From: a virus
Lineage: Duplodnaviria > Caudoviricetes
DNA: 38,675 nucleotides
Strand: one strand, 5' to 3'
IMG/VR virus record: IMGVR_UViG_3300030117_004050
Span: 1-38,675 of that record
Shown: positions 18,072 through 26,156 of the stretch, piece by piece
Layout: every line of letters starts with the position of its first letter
How positions within the stretch are numbered: the first letter of the stretch is position 1
Notes under the pieces: generated by a model
Seen by the model: only the letters and a program-made list of their open reading frames with translations
Database searches by the model: none
Told to the model about the DNA's origin: nothing
Position numbers and translations under genes: made by a program

Positions 18072-19159
18072 TGAGCAATCCAAGAATCGCAAGAAAACCT
18101 GGTCAACCAGCAAAATCTAAAAAGCACTCAGACCTCTACACAGACGAGGATCCGAAAGGGACTATTCACGGGCTCAAATTCGCAACCAAATCTGATGCAG
18201 AAGCTTCAGTACGAAAGATTAAGTCAAGCGGACGATCCCATGCCCATAAGATTCAAGCAGCGATAGCCATGGAACAAAGAGCTAGAGTGATGGGTAAAAC
18301 TGGTGCGGCTGCTGTGTATCGTAGTTTTATCAATGCAATGAAAAAGAAAACAAAGAAAATGAATGAAGCTGCATATAAAGGTAATTTAGGTGTCATGGAG
18401 TTAGTAAACTTTCACTCTAAAGCCACGCCAGCTCAGAAGAAAAAATTAAATTCTCATATGAAGAATAGAGAACATAAAAAATTTCGTGAACTTATACATC
18501 ATGTTACAGGAGTTAAACTACACAAGAGCGTAAACGAAATGAAAAATTCACCACTAGATACTTGGGATAATGAAGAACCCGTAAAGTACACAAAACATTT
18601 AACAAAAACTTTTGGTCAACCAGATGAACTTACAGATGAAAGAGTAGTTTGGTATGCTAAAGATGGATTCAAAAGAATTGTTGTAAAAGATGAACACATA
18701 TTACATGGTTCTCCTGCACCACATTATGACTTTGTTTATAGTTATATTGACTTAAAAGTGCCACATGAATTTGCAGAAGATATGGCAAATAGTAGTGAGT
18801 CAATACTTATAGACTTTCTTAAAAATGAAGTTGGTGCAAGGTGTGGTTCAATTACAGCAAATGCAGTAACACTTAATTATGTTTTAGATGTTGTTGCAGG
18901 TCGAGTAAAACCAAGTAAGAAAGAGTATGAAAAAAGAATCTTAGAGATGAGAAAGATGTTTGAAACTGGTAAAACATATACAAATGATTGGTGGCCAGAT
19001 GAAACAAAAGATGCAGACCCTAAGAACCCATATTATAAAAAAGGTAGTGTTGAAGAAGAATACGGAGCTGGAGAAGAAGCCACGGATAAAGTAGTACGGA
19101 ACTATAAGAAAATGACACCAGGACAATTGGTTAAATTTAAACAATATATAAAAGGATAG
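18071..19159 (+). CDS. Modular hypothetical protein (probable internal head protein)
   Basis: Distinct blocks (SDLYTDEDPKGTIHGL; Y.GN.G.MELV.F; H..P.PHYDFVYS; E.....V..YKK.TPGQ) separated by MNE, VNE and VEE. Confidence 0.7.
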   Translation: MSNPRIARKPGQPAKSKKHSDLYTDEDPKGTIHGLKFATKSDAEASVRKIKSSGRSHAHKIQAAIAMEQRARVMGKTGAAAVYRSFINAMKKKTKKMNEAAYKGNLGVMELVNFHSKATPAQKKKLNSHMKNREHKKFRELIHHVTGVKLHKSVNEMKNSPLDTWDNEEPVKYTKHLTKTFGQPDELTDERVVWYAKDGFKRIVVKDEHILHGSPAPHYDFVYSYIDLKVPHEFAEDMANSSESILIDFLKNEVGARCGSITANAVTLNYVLDVVAGRVKPSKKEYEKRILEMRKMFETGKTYTNDWWPDETKDADPKNPYYKKGSVEEEYGAGEEATDKVVRNYKKMTPGQLVKFKQYIKG

Positions 19160-19182
19160 TAAACTTAAATTTGGAGTAAATA

Positions 19183-20040
19183 ATGCGAAAATTGATTATA
19201 GGATGTGCCAGTAATTATGATTGGTCTACACTTCAGTATTGGTGTAATTCGATTAATCAAACTGGATTTGATGGTGATAAAGTCCTTATTTTAATGAACT
19301 GTGATAAAGATACGGTCATTAAAGTTGAAAAAGCTGGATTTAAAATCATAGGTTTCAACAAAGATGAGGATGGTAATTTAGTGCATGATTCAAAAATGCC
19401 ACCTCATGTAGAGAGATTCTTGCACATATATGAGTATCTTAGAAAAGCAGATGACTATGATTGGGTCGTTACTACTGATGTAAAAGATGTAATCTTTCAA
19501 AGTGATCCATGTAAATGGCTGGAGGAACATGATGCTGGTGACCACGCTGATTTATTTTTCTCATCTGAAAGTATTTTATATAAAGATGAACCTTGGGGTA
19601 ATCAAAATCTTCTTGAAACTTTTGGACCATATATACACAATATTTTTAAAGAGAATATAATTTACAATGTGGGTGTTTTAGCTGGTCGTGGTTTTGCTAT
19701 GAAATCTTTAATGATTAATATATTCTCATCTTGTATGGGCAAACCTATACCAATATGTGATCAATCAACATTCAACTTTTTAATTTCACAACCACCTTAC
19801 ATAAGCACTTCAGAATATTTTGGTTCAGAGGATGGCTGGGCTTGTCAATTAGGAACCACGGTAGATCCTGCAAAAATAGAACAATTTAAACCAAAACTAT
19901 TAGAACCAAGTCCTGTTATGGAAAATGGCCGAGTAAAAACAGAAGGTGAAACTCGCCCTAGAAGAGATTTTTGTATTGTTCACCAATATGATAGAGTGCC
20001 TGCTTGGCGTCATCTTATACAAATGAAATATTCATCATGA
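19183..20040 (+). CDS. Putative glycosyltransferase (GT-A-like)
   Basis: ERF..I, TTDVKDVIFQ.DP, N.GV..G, DQ..FN and VHQYDR; GGAG RBS. Confidence 0.65.
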   Translation: MRKLIIGCASNYDWSTLQYWCNSINQTGFDGDKVLILMNCDKDTVIKVEKAGFKIIGFNKDEDGNLVHDSKMPPHVERFLHIYEYLRKADDYDWVVTTDVKDVIFQSDPCKWLEEHDAGDHADLFFSSESILYKDEPWGNQNLLETFGPYIHNIFKENIIYNVGVLAGRGFAMKSLMINIFSSCMGKPIPICDQSTFNFLISQPPYISTSEYFGSEDGWACQLGTTVDPAKIEQFKPKLLEPSPVMENGRVKTEGETRPRRDFCIVHQYDRVPAWRHLIQMKYSS

Positions 20041-20735
20041 GAATAGCCTTGTGTTTATCTGGTCAACCTAGAAGTTTTGAAAAAGGTTATGAGTATCATA
20101 AAAAAAACTTATTAGATCACCATGATGTAGATACTTTTATTCATACATGGAAATGTGATGAAACAAAAAACTATATGGAGTTGTATAAACCTGTTACAGC
20201 TCTTATAGAAGATCCTTTACAAGGTGATTTTGACCAGAGATACACTAATACACCTGACGCTATAAATCACCCACCTCGATTCACAGTTTCAATGTTTTAT
20301 AGTATGGAAAAATCTTGTGAATTGAAAGTAAAAAAAGAGTTACAACAAAAAAAAAGTTATGATTGGGTAATTAAATCAAGACCTGATTACGCTTTAAGTA
20401 TTGTTATACCATTTGATGAATTAGATCCTTACAAACTTTATATACCAAATTGTAGAATGGTTCCTGAAAGAGATTTCGGTAATGATCAATTTGCATTTAG
20501 TTCATCTCATGTTATGAACAAAAGAATGACAATATTTTCTAATATGAATCATCATTATGACCAAGGTGTGCCAATGATTGGTGAAGATATGATGAGAGCT
20601 CAATTACACCAGTATGGTTTACATGGTGAATTTTTAGAATATGTAAACATGAATAATCCCTTTCCTCCAGGAAAGTTCAATGGTACTTGGCACTCTTTAA
20701 TTCGTGATGATTGTGGTGAATGGAAAAAAAGGTAG
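20037..20735 (+). CDS. Putative glycosyl/sugar-phosphate transferase of carbohydrate clusters
   Basis: ATG at 20037 (ATGA overlap); MRIALCLSGQPR, D.FIHTW, SMFYS, YDWVIKSRPD and NDQFAF. Confidence 0.6.
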   Translation: MRIALCLSGQPRSFEKGYEYHKKNLLDHHDVDTFIHTWKCDETKNYMELYKPVTALIEDPLQGDFDQRYTNTPDAINHPPRFTVSMFYSMEKSCELKVKKELQQKKSYDWVIKSRPDYALSIVIPFDELDPYKLYIPNCRMVPERDFGNDQFAFSSSHVMNKRMTIFSNMNHHYDQGVPMIGEDMMRAQLHQYGLHGEFLEYVNMNNPFPPGKFNGTWHSLIRDDCGEWKKR

Positions 20736-21466
20736 TAAAAAAATTTGTTGGCCACTCAGGTTGTGAGATTTTACTTATAAGGGATAAAAATGATTTCTTT
20801 GTAAGGAAAAATGGTAATGTAGAAAGAAACATAGAGAGATTAATAAGTTTGTATGAGAAAGGATATGATGTACCAGCGATATTTGATTCATCTGAAAACT
20901 TTATTGAAATGGAGTATATTCACGGTCTTGATATTGTGGAGTACCTAAAAACTAGAGATACAAAAAAATTAGGTAAATTTATAATTCAAACAATAAATTC
21001 ATTTGCTAAAGATGCCATTAAAGTTGATTATTCTAATGTCTATGATAAAAAAATTGATTTTATAAGATCAGTAAAAGATTTGCCTTTTAGTAAAAATGAA
21101 TTAATTGATAGATTGCCAACATACTTACCAAGATCAATATATCATGGCGATTTTACCCTAGAGAACTTGATTTTTAATGAAGAATCATTTACAATGATAG
21201 ATCCAGTTTCAATTGAATATGACTCTTACATATTTGACTTGGCTAAATTAAGGCAAGATTTGAACTGTAAGTGGTTTTTAAGAGATAAAAATATTAAGTT
21301 AGATGTTAAGTTACAAAATTTAGAAGATCAAATTTTTAGTAAGTTTGGTTTTGCAAAAAATGACTATCTTTTAATTCTTATGTTGTTAAGAGTTTACTTA
21401 CACACTAAAGATGGAGATAGTAATAGAAAGTTTATATTGAAGGAGATTAATCGTTTATGGAAATAA
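20720..21466 (+). CDS. APH/choline-kinase-fold phosphotransferase
   Basis: GHSG, VRK, MEYI.G, HGDFTLEN, IDP and DLAKLRQD. Confidence 0.8.
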   Translation: MEKKVVKKFVGHSGCEILLIRDKNDFFVRKNGNVERNIERLISLYEKGYDVPAIFDSSENFIEMEYIHGLDIVEYLKTRDTKKLGKFIIQTINSFAKDAIKVDYSNVYDKKIDFIRSVKDLPFSKNELIDRLPTYLPRSIYHGDFTLENLIFNEESFTMIDPVSIEYDSYIFDLAKLRQDLNCKWFLRDKNIKLDVKLQNLEDQIFSKFGFAKNDYLLILMLLRVYLHTKDGDSNRKFILKEINRLWK

Positions 21467-22509
21467 TTGTACCAGCCGCCGGAGCTTCTTCCAGATTTCC
21501 AAACATGAAACCAAAGTATCTCTTATTTGGTCGACATAATAAGATGATGTTTCACCATGCCATAGAAGATCATCTTGAAAAAGATGATAACATTACAATT
21601 GGTATTTTAAAAGAACATGATAAAGAATATCAGGCTTCAGAGTTTATTCGTCAACAATATGGTGACAGAATAAAAGTTATTGTATTAGATAATCCAACAA
21701 GAGGCCCAGCTGATACTGCTTTTCAAATACTAGCCAAAGCAGAAATAGATGATTATGCAGAAATCTTTATCAAAGATTGTGATAGTTTCTTTAGTCATGT
21801 ATATACTGAAGGTAATTATGTTTGTGTTTCTAATATAGTAAATCATGAAACATTGAAAAAATTATCTTCTAAGAGTTTTGTTGTTTCAAACAATCAAGGT
21901 ATCATCAATCAAATCATAGAAAAAAAAGTGGTGTCTGATACCTTTTGTGTTGGTGGGTATAAATTTGAATCAGCTATAACATTTAGAGATAATTTTACAG
22001 AAATAAATTCACAAAATGAATTATTTGTGTCAGATGTAATTCAAAGAGCTTTATTTAAAGGTGAAGTATTCTATGAAAAAAATGTACAAAACTACCATGA
22101 TGTTGGTACAGCTGATGATTGGTTTGAATGGAATAATAAACCAGTTATATTTTGTGATATAGATGGCACAGTTGTTAAATCACAAAGTAGAGTTGGTGAT
22201 AACTCAGTTTGGAAATTAGGTAAACCTCTTGAAAAGAATGTAAAAATACTTTTAGAGATGCAAGCTAAGGGATCGCATTTTGTTTTTACCACAGCAAGAG
22301 ATAAAGAGATGGAAGATTCAACGAGGGCTACTCTTGATAATCTAGGTTTTACTGATTATGATTTAGTCATTGGTTTACCAAATGCAGATAGAGTATTAAT
22401 TAATGATTTTCACAATCAAAACCCATACCCTAGAGCAACAGCAATTAATTTAAAAAGAGATAAAGATGATCTAGAAAATTATCTAAGTCAATTGAAGAGT
22501 GGTAAATGA
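21457..22509 (+). CDS. Sugar nucleotidyltransferase fused to a HAD phosphatase
   Basis: N-terminal IVPAAG.SSRFP..KPK, TRGPADT, DCD and DVGT; C-terminal FCDIDGT, TTAR and LIND. Confidence 0.85.
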   Translation: MEIIVPAAGASSRFPNMKPKYLLFGRHNKMMFHHAIEDHLEKDDNITIGILKEHDKEYQASEFIRQQYGDRIKVIVLDNPTRGPADTAFQILAKAEIDDYAEIFIKDCDSFFSHVYTEGNYVCVSNIVNHETLKKLSSKSFVVSNNQGIINQIIEKKVVSDTFCVGGYKFESAITFRDNFTEINSQNELFVSDVIQRALFKGEVFYEKNVQNYHDVGTADDWFEWNNKPVIFCDIDGTVVKSQSRVGDNSVWKLGKPLEKNVKILLEMQAKGSHFVFTTARDKEMEDSTRATLDNLGFTDYDLVIGLPNADRVLINDFHNQNPYPRATAINLKRDKDDLENYLSQLKSGK

Positions 22510-23210
22510 GGCCTGATAAAAATTTGTTTATTGTAACATCTGCTTTAGAACCTACAATTGGTGTAATTAGTAAAGCTGATAGGTTTGAACAAACTATGGC
22601 AACTTTGAAAAACCTAAGAGAAAAGGTGCCTAATGCTTTTGTTTTATTTTCTGATGGATCACCAGATGCTTGTGATGAAAACAATACGAATCAGATTACT
22701 AATTTTATTGATGGTTCTGTGTATTGGTCACATGATGAACAAATAAGAGAGTTATCTAAAACTGGCCGAAAGAGTGAAGCCGAAATTGCTTTGTTACTCA
22801 AAACACTTTTTTTATTGAAACAACATCCAGAATTATCTAAATTATTATTCTCTGTAAAAAGAATATTTAAATATTCAGCTCGATCATTATTACAGGATAA
22901 ATTTAATATTGGTGTTTATGACAACGCTAACTTATTTGGTAAATATGTTTTTAAAGAAAGAATAAAAACTTGGATGCCTGATAAAAGTTTAGTCGATCAT
23001 CTATTCATTACTCGATTCTTTTCTCTTTGTCCTTCTTTGATTGATGATTATATTAGAACTTTAAACAAAGCATTAAATTCATGTGCCACTTATGGTATAG
23101 ATACAGAACACGCACATTTTAAACAAACAAATAAAAAATATGTAGTAGAACTTCAACGTGTTCATGTTGAAGGTATTATGGCCGGAACTGGAAAGACAGA
23201 GGAATATTAA
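22506..23210 (+). CDS. Hypothetical carbohydrate-cluster protein
   Basis: FIVTSA, R.EQT..T...LR, K...E, RIFK.S.R and EH motifs; translationally coupled within the cluster. Confidence 0.6.
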   Translation: MRPDKNLFIVTSALEPTIGVISKADRFEQTMATLKNLREKVPNAFVLFSDGSPDACDENNTNQITNFIDGSVYWSHDEQIRELSKTGRKSEAEIALLLKTLFLLKQHPELSKLLFSVKRIFKYSARSLLQDKFNIGVYDNANLFGKYVFKERIKTWMPDKSLVDHLFITRFFSLCPSLIDDYIRTLNKALNSCATYGIDTEHAHFKQTNKKYVVELQRVHVEGIMAGTGKTEEY

Positions 23211-23211
23211 T

Positions 23212-23901
23212 ATGAATTTATGGAAACATTTTTTGGAAAATAAAGGTAATAAAATTACAAGGTGGACACATTATTTTCCAATTTACGAAAAACATTTTGC
23301 ACAATTTAAAAACAAACCTGTTAAAGTTTTAGAGATAGGTGTTTTAAATGGTGGGTCACTACCAATGTGGTCAAAGTATTTTGGACCATGGTCTCAAATT
23401 GTCGGCATTGACATAGATGCTGGTTGCAAACAACATGAAAAAGATGGTATTCAAGTAAGAATAGGTGATCAATCTGACCCTAAATTTTTACAAGAGCTAG
23501 TTGATGAGTTTGGTGAATTTGATTTAATCATTGATGATGGTAGTCACCATGTAAATCATGTTCGTAAAACTTTTGAATTTTTATACCCTAAAATGTCTAA
23601 AAATGGTATGTATTTTATTGAAGATACACACGCAGCTTATTGGGCAGATACACATGGCGGTGGGTTAGAACATCCAGATTCTATTATAAATGTGTCAAAA
23701 AATTTAGTTGATAAGTTAAATGCTCATCATACAAAAGGTCAAGTTGAACCTGATGAATTTACTGAATCAACACAATCAATTAGTTTTTACGATAGTATCA
23801 TTATATTTGAGAGAGGTCAAATTAAATGGAAACAACCATTAGAGTTTGGTGATATAGATTTTAGAGATCAAAGCGAGGAAGTGTTAACCATAAAAACTTA
23901 A
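23212..23901 (+). CDS. Class I SAM-dependent methyltransferase (sugar O-methyltransferase-like)
   Basis: ATG at 23212 after GAGG; HY..IYE, LEIGV.NGGS, GIDI, GDQSD, IIDDGSH and YFIED. Confidence 0.85.
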   Translation: MNLWKHFLENKGNKITRWTHYFPIYEKHFAQFKNKPVKVLEIGVLNGGSLPMWSKYFGPWSQIVGIDIDAGCKQHEKDGIQVRIGDQSDPKFLQELVDEFGEFDLIIDDGSHHVNHVRKTFEFLYPKMSKNGMYFIEDTHAAYWADTHGGGLEHPDSIINVSKNLVDKLNAHHTKGQVEPDEFTESTQSISFYDSIIIFERGQIKWKQPLEFGDIDFRDQSEEVLTIKT

Positions 23902-23904
23902 ATG

Positions 23905-23912
23905 TATAAATA
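23905..23912 (+). promoter_or_regulatory. T4 late promoter
   Basis: Exact TATAAATA in the intergenic gap, 33 nt before the ATG at 23946. Confidence 0.85.
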
Positions 23913-23945
23913 CTAGAAAATTTAACTTATTAGCTGCAGAGGCTT

Positions 23946-25832
23946 ATGAAATTTCTAGACTTCATAGATGAAAATCTATCAAAAAAAGAGAAGCACGCCG
24001 TTTTATCATTCGGTAGATTAAATCCGATTACAAAAGGGCATGAAAAACTTGTAAATAAGGCAAAACAAATTGCTCGACAAGTTGGTGGCACTCATCATAT
24101 TGTACTCTCACATAGTCAAGATAAGAATAAAAATCCACTTTCAGCTGCTGATAAGTTAAAACACGCAAAAAGAGCTTTTCCTAATACAAATTTATCTACA
24201 TCAGATAAAAAAAACCCAAACTACCTATCACAGGCAGCTAAGTTGCATAAGAAAGGTGTATCACACCTACACGTTGTCGCAGGTTCAGACCGTGTTTCAG
24301 AGTTTAAAAACACTCTCAGCAAATACAACGGCACACATTCAAAAGCATTATATAACTTCAGAAAGATAACAGTACATTCATCTGGTGATAGAGATCCAGA
24401 TAGTCATGGCACATCTGGTATGTCAGGTACAAAGATGAGAGGTCATGCAGCTGCTGGTAATTACAAGGCATTTAAGTCTGGAGCACCATCAGGTATGAGT
24501 GATAGCCATGTAAAACATATGTACAATGATACTCGTAAGGGTATGAAAGTTGCAGAAGATGTTGCAGTATTTTTAATTGGCGGTCCTGGTTCTGGAAAAG
24601 ATTTCATATTTAAGAGTGTGATGGAAGATTTTGGTCTTAGAGAAGTGAATACGGATAAAGCTTTTGAGTATATCATGGAAAAAAGATATGATACTCATGA
24701 AAGATCAAACCTTGTAATTAATGGTAATGCTCACGAAGTTAAAACTCTAAACAAAATAAAAGAAAAATTAGAAGAACAAAATTATAAAACAACAATGGTT
24801 CTTGTTTCTACTACAAATGAAATATCCAGATTAAGAAATGAGTCTAGAAAAAGAATCATGAATGAAGAATTAAGGCATGAAAAATGGAAATTAGTAAATA
24901 TAGTTAAACCATATTTTGAAAATATATTTCAAGAAAATTATATTGAATTTGATAATTCAGAAGATTTATTAGAGGAACATTTTCAAGAAAAAATATTTGA
25001 CTTAAAAGAATGGTTAGAAGATAAAATGTCAAACAATATTAAAGATATTGATGATTTATTTGAGGACGCATTTTCAGAAGATTTAAGAAAATGGTTTTCT
25101 AAAGATGACCCACAGGGCGATTGGAAAAGGATTGACTCTAAGGGTAATGTAGTTGGCCCATGTGCAAGAAAACCAGGTGAACCAAAACCTAAGTGTATGT
25201 CAAAAGCAACTAGAGCCAAACTTTCTAAAAAAGAAAGAGCCGCTGCTGTTCGTACTAAACGAAAGCATGATAAAGTTGCAGATAGAGCTGGTAAAGGTGG
25301 GAAACCAGTAATGGTTTCAAGCTTTGGTAAAGGTAAATTAACGAAGGAGGATAGTAATGAATATGATTGGAATGATGATCAGGAAAACAATCAGAGAAGA
25401 AATAGACAAAGCTTTGGACGAGTTCTTGAAAGAGAATTTTCCGAGGCAGTATCACATAAAACAAAAAAGAGCAAACTCGGAACCAAGAATGTCAACGACA
25501 CATTCAACGCATGGTACACAGGGTCGCAGGTCAGCAAATACTACAAACCAAACGAGCTCTCGGAAGAGAGTCAGGAGGCCAAGAAGGCCACGCAACAACA
25601 AGAGTCAATAGATAAAGGCATAGAACCTGGTATGGCTCTTGATTCATATTCAAAAGAATATAATAGTTTAAAAACTAAAGGTCGTGTAAGAAAAGGTCAA
25701 GTGGTGCCGTTTAAAGAATTAACAGGCGACACTACTGGTGCCTCCATTTCAGCAAAAAAAGAAGATGAGTTGAAAAAAGTAGGTATCAATTTAAAGACTT
25801 TTAAAGCAAAAAGATTTCCAGGAACGGGCTAA
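23946..25832 (+). CDS. Multidomain protein: cytidyltransferase-like (HIGH) domain, P-loop kinase and basic modules
   Basis: MKFLDFIDE; FGR.NP.T.GH.KL, VAGSDRV and MSGTKMR; GGPGSGK; Cys-containing module EDLRKWF...W...GPC...KPKC...KR. Confidence 0.8.
   Translation: MKFLDFIDENLSKKEKHAVLSFGRLNPITKGHEKLVNKAKQIARQVGGTHHIVLSHSQDKNKNPLSAADKLKHAKRAFPNTNLSTSDKKNPNYLSQAAKLHKKGVSHLHVVAGSDRVSEFKNTLSKYNGTHSKALYNFRKITVHSSGDRDPDSHGTSGMSGTKMRGHAAAGNYKAFKSGAPSGMSDSHVKHMYNDTRKGMKVAEDVAVFLIGGPGSGKDFIFKSVMEDFGLREVNTDKAFEYIMEKRYDTHERSNLVINGNAHEVKTLNKIKEKLEEQNYKTTMVLVSTTNEISRLRNESRKRIMNEELRHEKWKLVNIVKPYFENIFQENYIEFDNSEDLLEEHFQEKIFDLKEWLEDKMSNNIKDIDDLFEDAFSEDLRKWFSKDDPQGDWKRIDSKGNVVGPCARKPGEPKPKCMSKATRAKLSKKERAAAVRTKRKHDKVADRAGKGGKPVMVSSFGKGKLTKEDSNEYDWNDDQENNQRRNRQSFGRVLEREFSEAVSHKTKKSKLGTKNVNDTFNAWYTGSQVSKYYKPNELSEESQEAKKATQQQESIDKGIEPGMALDSYSKEYNSLKTKGRVRKGQVVPFKELTGDTTGASISAKKEDELKKVGINLKTFKAKRFPGTG
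25357..25611 (+). CDS. Candidate nested (+1 frame) overlapping gene, 84 aa
   Basis: AAGGAGG at 25344-25350, 6 nt before the ATG; amphipathic IRKTIREEIDKALDEFLKE followed by an Arg-rich tail; locally raised GC. Confidence 0.5.
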   Translation: MNMIGMMIRKTIREEIDKALDEFLKENFPRQYHIKQKRANSEPRMSTTHSTHGTQGRRSANTTNQTSSRKRVRRPRRPRNNKSQ

Positions 25833-26140
25833 TGAAAACATTTATACAGTTCATAGAAGAAGATAAAACACCTGCATGGCAAAGAGCTGAAGGTAAAAAC
25901 CGAGAGGGTGGTTTGAATAGAAAAGGTGTTGAATCATATCGCCGTGAAAATCCAGGATCAAAATTACAAACAGCAGTTACAACAAAACCAAGTAAATTAA
26001 AGAAAGGTTCTAAGGCTGCTAAACGAAGATTATCATTCTGCCGGAGAATGGAAGGGATGAAGAAAAAACTGACCTCAGCTAAAACTGCTAGAGATCCAGA
26101 TAGTCGAATTAATAAAGCTTTAAGAAAATGGAACTGCTAA
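25832..26140 (+). CDS. Small basic conserved protein (DUF6321-like) with a capsid-targeting-like N-terminus
   Basis: MKTFIQFIEE followed by AWQR.EGKN.EGGLN.KG..SY, RR.SFC.RM and SRINKALRKWNC. Confidence 0.8.
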   Translation: MKTFIQFIEEDKTPAWQRAEGKNREGGLNRKGVESYRRENPGSKLQTAVTTKPSKLKKGSKAAKRRLSFCRRMEGMKKKLTSAKTARDPDSRINKALRKWNC

Positions 26141-26156
26141 ACAAGGAGAAAAAGAA

